This document shows, piece by piece, positions 8,616 to 16,432 of a stretch of 64,000 nt of DNA. This stretch comes from Candidatus Gastranaerophilales bacterium. GTDB taxonomy: Bacteria > Cyanobacteriota > Vampirovibrionia > Gastranaerophilales > JANQFW01. The notes below the pieces were generated by a model that worked only from the letters and a program-made list of their open reading frames with translations, was not told where the DNA came from and ran no database searches. How positions within the stretch are numbered: the stretch's first letter is position 1; each line of letters starts with the position of its first letter. The position numbers were made by a program, and so were the translations under genes. The stretch lies in assembly GCA_028277625.1 (NCBI GenBank), contig JANQFW010000042.1, forward strand, positions 2,675 through 66,674, written 5' to 3'.

Positions 8616-10346
8616 ATGTACAAATTAAATAAAAATAAAATAAAATTCTCTTTGTTTATATTAATTCTGGGTTTAGCCGCTAATTATTTTATCTGCAGCT
8701 TTTTAGCAGCACACTCTCTGGTGTTAGCATTACCAATGCTTTTTATTGGAGGAATTACCTTTTACTTAATAGTTAACCTAATTTTGTATGCCAAGGCTAG
8801 CACTAATTTTGTATTGCTTTTATCAGTAGCAAACCTGCTTTTATTTTTAATATTACTATTTATTCCGTATTTTATATATGCAAAAGCCTTTTCTGTTGAT
8901 GCAAGCTTAATTATTGAAGTAAATTACATTGCAGCAACGTTAGCATACTCGTTTAGCGCAGGTATAACCAAGATTTCTATTGACAGCCAGGCACAAACAG
9001 AACAAAATATTCAAAAAATTATATCTCCAGAGTCAGATACACCCGAAAATAATGCTCCACAAGCTATAAATCCAACTGTAGAAATGCCTGAGCCGACTGT
9101 TCCGAATGAAATGGCTGCGGCTTCATCATCTGAGACCAGACAAGAAGAAGTTATAGAAGTAAACAGCTCTGAACCGGATAATAATATTGAACATAATGAA
9201 GAGCCAAGCGCTGAATCTATATATGGATCTGTTGATAGTGAAATTGAAGAAGAAGCAGACGTATTTTTAGAAGATGAGTCTTCAAGTTTATTAGGAGAAA
9301 CACCTTCTGCATCTTTAGACGAACTACCTGAAATTCAACTAGACGAAAATCAAATTAGGCAAAATGAGGAAGTTAACTATCCACCCTCTACACCACCAAA
9401 AGCAGCACCTTCAACTTCTAGTGATGGCGTGAAAGTTTATGAATTTGAAGATTACTCAGATGAGGACAATGAAGGAGAAGCTGAGGGCCTAAAAATATCG
9501 GGAAATATCAGAGTAGTTGAGGTACAAGAAAACGAAGAAGAAGCGCAAGGCTCAATCGCATCAATTGCAAAACTATTGGTAAACCAGCGAGATGTAGAAA
9601 ATGTAATCCAAATTAATGAAATTATGCAGCAAATCGGTTGTGATACCGGCAATACAAAAGTTGTTTCGATGAATAAAGGTATAGAAATTTATGAGTCATT
9701 TAATAAGCTAAAAGTTGATTACCCACAAATTAAAGACATGGCAATAGTTGAGCAAAATGGCTTTATTATTGCTTCATATTTTGAAAACAAAAGAAAAGAG
9801 CAGACCTGTTGTGCGTTAGGTTCTGGGATTTACCTCATTGTACAAAATTATTTAGCTCAGCTCAATTTGAGCCCTGAAAGAATTTTCTTTGTTTTTGATG
9901 ACCAAACAATTTCTATAAACAACCTGAATGATCAAGTATTCTATATGAGTTTTTCTAATACCCTTAATATACTTGAGTTTAATCAATCTGAAATATTCTT
10001 GAACAAGCAAAATATCACAGAATCTGATTATACTTCATTGCAACAAACAGATGGAATTAACAGAGCTATATTAACCCACAGCAATAAAACTGTGGTTAGT
10101 ATTTATAATGAGGATAATATCAAAAAATACACAAGTGTATCAAATGCAATTTATGACAATTTAAGAGTATTCCTTATGAACATATTAAAAGGAACTCTTA
10201 AGCATATTATTTTAAGCTGTGATAACGAGACCTTAGTGATTTCTAAAAAAGAACAGCAATTATTAATTTTAGGTTATGCCCCTGATTCAACGGTTAAAGT
10301 ATCAAACAAAATTAATGAAATAGAGAATTTAATAAGTAAGGACTAA
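8616..10346 (+). CDS. Membrane protein: 4 predicted TM helices, acidic/Pro-rich linker, two C-terminal Roadblock/LC7-like domains
   Basis: 576 aa.
- Hydrophobic segments lie in aa 12-118.
- A D/E/P/S-rich low-complexity region spans aa 125-310.
- aa ~355-447 (DMAIVEQNGFIIASYFE...CCALGSGIYLIVQNYLAQLNL...ERIFFVFDDQTISINNLNDQVFYMSFS) follows the strand-helix-strand pattern of MglB/Roadblock domains.
- aa ~470-558 (INRAILTHSNKTVVSIY...SNAIYDNLRVFLMNILKG...LKHIILSCDNETLVISKKEQQLLILGYAP) follows the same pattern.
- The stop lies 3 nt before the pilB ATG. Confidence 0.55.
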   Translation: MYKLNKNKIKFSLFILILGLAANYFICSFLAAHSLVLALPMLFIGGITFYLIVNLILYAKASTNFVLLLSVANLLLFLILLFIPYFIYAKAFSVDASLIIEVNYIAATLAYSFSAGITKISIDSQAQTEQNIQKIISPESDTPENNAPQAINPTVEMPEPTVPNEMAAASSSETRQEEVIEVNSSEPDNNIEHNEEPSAESIYGSVDSEIEEEADVFLEDESSSLLGETPSASLDELPEIQLDENQIRQNEEVNYPPSTPPKAAPSTSSDGVKVYEFEDYSDEDNEGEAEGLKISGNIRVVEVQENEEEAQGSIASIAKLLVNQRDVENVIQINEIMQQIGCDTGNTKVVSMNKGIEIYESFNKLKVDYPQIKDMAIVEQNGFIIASYFENKRKEQTCCALGSGIYLIVQNYLAQLNLSPERIFFVFDDQTISINNLNDQVFYMSFSNTLNILEFNQSEIFLNKQNITESDYTSLQQTDGINRAILTHSNKTVVSIYNEDNIKKYTSVSNAIYDNLRVFLMNILKGTLKHIILSCDNETLVISKKEQQLLILGYAPDSTVKVSNKINEIENLISKD

Positions 10347-10349
10347 TAA

Positions 10350-12365
10350 ATGTCGACCAGAAAAAACTTGCTTAACGAGCTTTTGCTGGAAGCTCAAATA
10401 TTAAATAAAGATCAATTAGGTATTATAAACGAAAAAAAAAGTAAATCTGACAAACCTTTCCTTGAGCTGATTAGCGAAACAGCAAGCTTGGATAAAAATG
10501 AGCTTAGCAATCAGTTAAAAGATTTGTTAGAGTTGCAATACGGTGTTGCTTTTATTGAGCTGGCTAATGCTCAAATTGACGAAGATCTGATAAATGTCTT
10601 CTCAGTGGACTTAATAAAGAATCATAAATTTTTGCCGCTAGGGCAAAGCGGTAATATGTTTACACTTGCAATGACTGACCCTGATAACCTTGTTGCGGAT
10701 CAAGATATCAACTTTAGGTTGCAAAACAACAATTTTAAAGATTATAAAATAAAAAAAGTAGTTATTTTTGAAGATGACTTTGACAACTACGCTAGCAGCA
10801 AATTTGCAAAAAAAGAATCTGCAAATCAGGAAATTGAGCAAGATACAGATGAATTGATATCCTCAATAGGTATTGAAGTAGAGCAAGCTACTGCAGATAT
10901 ATCTGATGATGTATCTGACCTGATGAATTCTGCGCAGGAAGCACCTATTATTCAGCTTGCAAATAGCATCCTGGGTGTTGCAATAAAAAGGGGGGTTAGT
11001 GATATCCATATTGAGCCCAGGGAAAAAGAGTTGCAGGTTAGATACAGGCTCGACGGTGTTCTTAGTATTTATAAAATACTTCCTAAAAAAATTCAAAACT
11101 CAATTACATCAAGATACAAAATTATGTCTGAGCTTGATATCTCTGAAAGAAGACTGCCGCAAGACGGTCGTATCAGAGTGAAAATGTCAAATAAAATGGT
11201 TGACTTTAGGGTGTCAACTCTACCAAGCAAGTTTGGCGAAAAAATAGTTATGCGGATTCTGGATAAGTCTAATATTTCTCTTGGGCTAGATCAATTAATA
11301 ACTAACCCTGAAATATTAGAACTGGTAAGAGAAATGATTAGTCGTCCATACGGTATTATATTTGTAACAGGACCAACAGGAAGCGGCAAGACAACTACTT
11401 TGTATAGTGCCTTAAGCGAAAGAAATACACCGCAAGTAAACATATCAACAGCAGAAGATCCTATTGAATATGACCTTGATGGTATAACCCAGTCTGAGGT
11501 GAATAAAGTAATTGGTATGGATTTTGCCAAGATATTAAAAGCGTTTTTAAGACAAGATCCCGATATAATGCTAGTTGGAGAAACAAGGGATAAAGAAACT
11601 GCTAAAATTGCTATTGAAGCGGCATTAACAGGTCACCTTGTATTTACTACACTCCACACAAACGATGCACCAAGTTCTATTATGAGGCTTGAGGAAATGG
11701 ATATTGAGCCATTTCTTATATCTAGCTCAATCATAGGTGTTATTGCCCAGCGACTGCTGCGCCGAATTTGTTCAAATTGTAAAGAATCGTATGAACCTGA
11801 TCTTGAAATGCTAAAGTTTCTGGGAGTTGAAAATTTTTCAAATAAGACTTATTACAGGTCAAAAGGTTGTGATAAGTGTAATAACACCGGCTATAAAGGT
11901 CGAGTTGGTGTCTATGAAGTTATGAAAGTTACAGACGAGTTAAGAGACTGCATCTCAAAAGGAGTAAATACTGCAATTTTGAAATATCAAGCTCAACAAT
12001 CCGGTATGAAAACACTGCTTGAGTACAGTTTGGATATAGCAAGAGAAGGCCATACAACCCTTGATGAAGTTATTAGGGTTACCTTTACATCTGAAGGACA
12101 ATCGTCAATGTGCCCGAACTGTAGCAAACCTGTTGGAGACGAATTTTATAAATGTCCGTTTTGTCAGCATGATCTCAAAAAGACTTGTCCTAAATGCAAA
12201 TCGATACTTCAAGAAGGTTGGTCAAATTGCGCAAAATGCGGATTTAATACTTCTGAAGTAATAACAGAATCAGTTTGCCCAACATGTAGCGGCGACATTG
12301 CATTAGAGATGAACGAGTGTCCATGGTGCTTTACCACGTTAGCAGAATTAAACTTAAATAAATAA
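10350..12365 (+). CDS. pilB: Type IV pilus assembly ATPase PilB (GspE family) with C-terminal triple zinc-ribbon extension
   Basis: 671 aa. N-terminal T2SSE_N-like domain. Walker A GPTGSGKTTTLY. Asp/His boxes (EDPIEY, LRQDPDIMLVGETRD, TGHLVFTTLHTND). The usual tetracysteine CSNC...CDKC is present. An extra 85-aa tail carries six CxxC pairs. Confidence 0.9.
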   Translation: MSTRKNLLNELLLEAQILNKDQLGIINEKKSKSDKPFLELISETASLDKNELSNQLKDLLELQYGVAFIELANAQIDEDLINVFSVDLIKNHKFLPLGQSGNMFTLAMTDPDNLVADQDINFRLQNNNFKDYKIKKVVIFEDDFDNYASSKFAKKESANQEIEQDTDELISSIGIEVEQATADISDDVSDLMNSAQEAPIIQLANSILGVAIKRGVSDIHIEPREKELQVRYRLDGVLSIYKILPKKIQNSITSRYKIMSELDISERRLPQDGRIRVKMSNKMVDFRVSTLPSKFGEKIVMRILDKSNISLGLDQLITNPEILELVREMISRPYGIIFVTGPTGSGKTTTLYSALSERNTPQVNISTAEDPIEYDLDGITQSEVNKVIGMDFAKILKAFLRQDPDIMLVGETRDKETAKIAIEAALTGHLVFTTLHTNDAPSSIMRLEEMDIEPFLISSSIIGVIAQRLLRRICSNCKESYEPDLEMLKFLGVENFSNKTYYRSKGCDKCNNTGYKGRVGVYEVMKVTDELRDCISKGVNTAILKYQAQQSGMKTLLEYSLDIAREGHTTLDEVIRVTFTSEGQSSMCPNCSKPVGDEFYKCPFCQHDLKKTCPKCKSILQEGWSNCAKCGFNTSEVITESVCPTCSGDIALEMNECPWCFTTLAELNLNK

Positions 12366-12387
12366 AAAGATAGAGGAGTTTACTTTA

Positions 12388-13467
12388 ATGTTACTAGAAG
12401 AATTATTACAGTTAGTATTCCAAAAGGGGGGAAGTGACTTACACATATCAGTAGGTTTACCTCCTGTAATAAGGGTTGATGGAAAACTTATTAGAACAGA
12501 CCATCCACCTCTCACTAAAGAAGATGTTCAAAGATTAATATTTAGTATGTTGAATAACGAACAAAGACGAAATTTGGAGCAAAACTGGGAACTGGATTGC
12601 AGTTATGGTGTTTTTGGTTTAGGACGATTTCGTGTTAACGTATATAAAGAACGGGGAAACTACGCAGCAGCACTGCGTACAATTAACTCAGAGGTGCCCA
12701 GTTTTGAGCAACTTGGCTTGCCTTCTGTGGTTAAGGAAATTGCTGAAAGGCCTCGTGGCTTAATCCTGGTTACAGGCCCGACCGGTAGCGGTAAGTCTAC
12801 TACACTTGCTACTATGATAGACCACATTAACCAAACCCGTAAAGAACATATTTTAACAATTGAAGATCCTATTGAATTTTTACATACATCCAAGCGCTGC
12901 ATTGTACACCAACGTGAATTAGCACAAGACACTCGAAGTTTTAGCAATGCGTTAAGAGCAGCTCTTCGTGAAGATCCTGATATTATACTTGTTGGTGAGC
13001 TTCGTGACCTTGAAACTATTTCTTTGGCTCTAACTGCAGCTGAAACAGGTCACCTTGTAATGGGAACGCTTCATACCTCATCTGCTAGCCAAACAGTTGA
13101 CCGTATAGTTGATGTATTCCCGGCAGAGCAGCAACAACAAATTAGAGTTCAGCTGTCTAACAGTTTAGTGGCAGTATTTAGTCAGACATTAGTACCTAAA
13201 CTTGACCATACTGGCCAGAAAAAAGGTAGGGCTCTTGCTCAAGAAATTATGGTAGTAACACCTGCGATTGCTAACCTAATTAGAGAAGGTAAAACTGCAC
13301 AAATATACTCTGCGATTCAAACAGGTGGTGCCCAAAAAATGCAAACACTGGAAAATACTTTAAGAGACCTTTATCAGAAAAAACTAATAACCTATGATGA
13401 TGCATTATCAAAAACAAGCCGTCCTGAAGATCTAAAAAGAATGCTTGGCAGTGGTGCATCTGTCTAA
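12388..13467 (+). CDS. pilT: Twitching-motility retraction ATPase PilT
   Basis: 359 aa. Contains GGSDLHISVGLPPVIRVDGKL, LIFSMLNNEQRRNLEQNWELDCSYGV, GPTGSGKSTTLA, REDPDIILVGELRD, TGHLVMGTLHT and the AIANLIREGK motif. Confidence 0.95.
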   Translation: MLLEELLQLVFQKGGSDLHISVGLPPVIRVDGKLIRTDHPPLTKEDVQRLIFSMLNNEQRRNLEQNWELDCSYGVFGLGRFRVNVYKERGNYAAALRTINSEVPSFEQLGLPSVVKEIAERPRGLILVTGPTGSGKSTTLATMIDHINQTRKEHILTIEDPIEFLHTSKRCIVHQRELAQDTRSFSNALRAALREDPDIILVGELRDLETISLALTAAETGHLVMGTLHTSSASQTVDRIVDVFPAEQQQQIRVQLSNSLVAVFSQTLVPKLDHTGQKKGRALAQEIMVVTPAIANLIREGKTAQIYSAIQTGGAQKMQTLENTLRDLYQKKLITYDDALSKTSRPEDLKRMLGSGASV

Positions 13468-13608
13468 ATATAATATTTTAGCCAAAAGTATCCCCCTTGC
13501 TAAGGGGTAAGGGGGGCAAAATAATTATCACTATTAGCAACTTACTTTGTACAAATAGCTGTGGATAACACTTTTAGACTTTTTCCCTGAAAACATAGGA
13601 GTGGTTTT

Positions 13609-14841
13609 ATGCAAAAATTTAATTACAAAGCAAGAGATGAAAAGGGCAATTTGATTAGCGAAAAAGGCTTTTATGCCGAAAACGTTAGTGCTGCCAGAGA
13701 ACAGCTCTTGCAAAAAGGGTTGTGGATAATTGAACTGAAAGAAGAAAGCAAAGCTGCGGATTTATTAAATTTTGAGCTGGACAGTGTGTTTGCAAAGTTC
13801 GCCGGAGTGTCTTTAAAAGACAAAGTAATATTTTGCAGACAATTTTCATCATTGGTAAATTCTGGTGTGGCTATGCTTAGGGCTATGACAATATTATCTG
13901 AGCAGTGCGAAAATCCAAAATTGAAAAAAATCTTAAGAGACATTAAAGAAAAGCTTGAGCAGGGTTCTTCTTTGTCTGATGCTTTTGCTCAGTACCCAAG
14001 TGTGTTTGATAAGTTATTTATAAGTATGATAAAAGCCGGCGAAACCGGTGGTATTCTTGATGATGTATTAATGAGAATTGCTGCATTTATGGAAGATAAA
14101 GCAAGATTAAACGCACAAATTAAATCAGCACTAACTTATCCGACTGTAGTTACTATTTTAGCAATGGTAATCTTTGTTGTTATGTTGACCTTTATTCTTC
14201 CAAAATTCTCACAAATTTTCTCTAAACTGGGCGGTGAATTGCCTGCTTACACACAGTTTTTGATAAATATAAGTGAACTATTACGCTCTTATTGGTCGCT
14301 TGTACTTATTGCGGGTGTAATATGCTTTGTGTGGGCTTTTAAAAAGATATATTCTTTGGAAAAAGGTAAATATATAATTGATGCCTTGACCCTAAAAGTA
14401 CCTTTATTTGGTCCGTTATTGCAAAAAGTTGCTGTTGCCAGGTTTACTAGAACGCTTGGTACACTTATTAGAAGTGGTGTTCCGATTTTAATTTCATTAG
14501 AAATTGTTCAGGAATCATCAGGAAACGCAGTATTGTCCAAAAATGTAGGTGAAGTTTACGAGGAAATAAAGCAAGGCGGGGCATTATACTCAAAATTAGA
14601 AGAATCCCCTTTATTTCCACCAATGGTTACATCAATGATTTCTGTTGGTGAAGAAACCGGTGAGTTAGACAATATGCTTAACAAAGTTTCTGACTTTTAT
14701 GATTCTGAAATTGAACGAACTGTCGAAGCACTTACTTCATTAATAGAACCACTTATGATGGTTGTATTAGGTGGTATGATCGGAGCTGTAATTGTCGGTA
14801 TGTACCTGCCCATGTTTGCGATATTTGATCAGATCAATTAA
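13609..14841 (+). CDS. pilC: Type IV pilus platform protein PilC (GspF family)
   Basis: 410 aa. The T2SSF repeat is duplicated (FCRQFSSLVNSGVAMLRAM... and FTRTLGTLIRSGVPILISL...). Three TM segments. The C-terminal LIEPLMMVVLGGMIGAVIVGMYLPMF is typical. Confidence 0.9.
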   Translation: MQKFNYKARDEKGNLISEKGFYAENVSAAREQLLQKGLWIIELKEESKAADLLNFELDSVFAKFAGVSLKDKVIFCRQFSSLVNSGVAMLRAMTILSEQCENPKLKKILRDIKEKLEQGSSLSDAFAQYPSVFDKLFISMIKAGETGGILDDVLMRIAAFMEDKARLNAQIKSALTYPTVVTILAMVIFVVMLTFILPKFSQIFSKLGGELPAYTQFLINISELLRSYWSLVLIAGVICFVWAFKKIYSLEKGKYIIDALTLKVPLFGPLLQKVAVARFTRTLGTLIRSGVPILISLEIVQESSGNAVLSKNVGEVYEEIKQGGALYSKLEESPLFPPMVTSMISVGEETGELDNMLNKVSDFYDSEIERTVEALTSLIEPLMMVVLGGMIGAVIVGMYLPMFAIFDQIN

Positions 14842-14851
14842 TTAAGATATC

Positions 14852-15499
14852 TTATCTAAATAGAGGCTTTCTTGTTGAATTCAAAAAAGTGGTCATATTT
14901 TTGTATTGACCATTAGCTCTGTTTATAGAATTACCTGCAGCAGCAAAGTTAAAGTTTGGCTTGGTTGCCAATAAAACTTTACAGTCATTAGGTTTGTTTG
15001 TAGGCTTTTTGTCGTTTCTTGTTATAAAATTTCTGATTTTGGATGCTGAGTAGTTTCTTACTATTGGTATAACGGTACCAACACTTATTAGTGTTGCAAA
15101 CAGATTGCCAACCATAGTAGCACCTTTTTGAAACTTTTGAAGTTCGCTGCCTTTAGTGCTAAGTTCTTGTTGGATTTTATCCAAAGAATAATCTTTGCAA
15201 GATTTTGGCAGAAGTTTACCTTTTGCTACAGCCTTTTTGAATACAGCTTCAAAAGGGCTAGTAAAAGCTAAAAACAAACTGAAGGTAATAATTCCTTCTA
15301 CTATCTCTTGTGGGACTAGAAACTTTTTTTCGTGGTTAGATATTTTATCATTAATACAGACTGCAATGGTTTCTGCGATTGATGAAACACCAAGAGTTAA
15401 GGCCATTGATCTTGATAAAAATTTTGCAGGATCTTTGGTATAGCAGTTGCCGCATTTTTTTGCAAACGAGTATATATTTTTAAACACTGGGTTAGCCAT
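14852..15499 (-). CDS. Hypothetical membrane protein (paralogue of the upstream ORF)
   Basis: 215 aa. Two hydrophobic segments and an AKGKLLPKS loop. The start overlaps the stop of ORF 15492-16079 by 8 nt. No recognisable family. Confidence 0.45.
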   Translation of the reverse strand: MANPVFKNIYSFAKKCGNCYTKDPAKFLSRSMALTLGVSSIAETIAVCINDKISNHEKKFLVPQEIVEGIITFSLFLAFTSPFEAVFKKAVAKGKLLPKSCKDYSLDKIQQELSTKGSELQKFQKGATMVGNLFATLISVGTVIPIVRNYSASKIRNFITRNDKKPTNKPNDCKVLLATKPNFNFAAAGNSINRANGQYKNMTTFLNSTRKPLFR

Positions 15500-16079
15500 T
15501 ATTTAGCTTGCCCCCTGCTTTATTTTTCTTTTTATATTTTTCTGGGAATATTTTTTTCAGAATATTATTAATCAAATAGTTTGTAAGGGGCAGGTCTACA
15601 CTAAACATTGAAATAACAGTTACTGCTATACTAGTTGTATGCTTGACACCATCAGCCAATTTTTTATCCATAAGCAACTCTTTAGGGAGTTTACCATTTT
15701 TGGCTAGCTGATCCCAAATTTTTGCAGTTCCCCACCTTGTACAGATGCCAACACTGGCACCGGCAACTATTTTAGCTAAGGTCTTAGCTAGCGAACATTT
15801 TCTGGTCTCATCGGTTTCTTTTCTATTAGAATACCAATCCATAGCGGGCTGAGAGCTTAACTCGATAGCAGCTACTACTGCCCTTTGTTGATAAGGTTTT
15901 AGCCCGCCAAGTTTTTTAAGAAGACCAGCACCTTTATCACCTACAGTTATTTTAGGAAATGAATCAGCAATATTGCTTGTAATTCTTTCCATTGTGCTGC
16001 CTTTAAATGCTTGGTTTTCTGTTTTATTTATCTGTGTTCTTTCCCGAAGTCTTTTAGAATTATTTCTTAACGCTATCAT
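15492..16079 (-). CDS. Hypothetical membrane protein (paralogue of the downstream ORF)
   Basis: 195 aa. Same architecture as 14852-15499: a helix, a loop, a TM segment, AKNGKLPKEL, then a TM segment ending in a basic tail. The true start may be the internal MERITSN. Confidence 0.45.
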   Translation of the reverse strand: MIALRNNSKRLRERTQINKTENQAFKGSTMERITSNIADSFPKITVGDKGAGLLKKLGGLKPYQQRAVVAAIELSSQPAMDWYSNRKETDETRKCSLAKTLAKIVAGASVGICTRWGTAKIWDQLAKNGKLPKELLMDKKLADGVKHTTSIAVTVISMFSVDLPLTNYLINNILKKIFPEKYKKKNKAGGKLNNG

Positions 16080-16432
16080 AAATATCTTTTTAAATTTCTG
16101 TCGCCCAATATCTTAAATATCGTAATTAAAAAATATTGCCTTGGCAAAGTCTATATATTTATTTGTCTACTGAGAAATAAATAAAAAATGCTAAAAAATG
16201 CTAAATTTGATAAAAAACTATTTAAGTTTAATAACAACTTATTAAAAATATCATTAAATATTTGCTTTTTTTTCTAAAAATCAGCTAAAAAAAAAATATT
16301 AAAAATTGTAAAGCATAGACACAGAGTGATATTTAATATTCATTAAAAGTGAAAACGTTACAGGAGAATATTTAACACTAAAATTGAAGAATGCAATTAA
16401 CCAATAGAGCTGTTTATGAGATATACAATTTT

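Noticed and set aside
10350-10470. Checked the PilB N-terminus for the MshEN c-di-GMP-binding motif
   Set aside because: LLNELLLEAQILNKDQLGIINEKK keeps the hydrophobic spacing. It lacks the conserved Arg and both Gly residues, so I make no claim of c-di-GMP binding.
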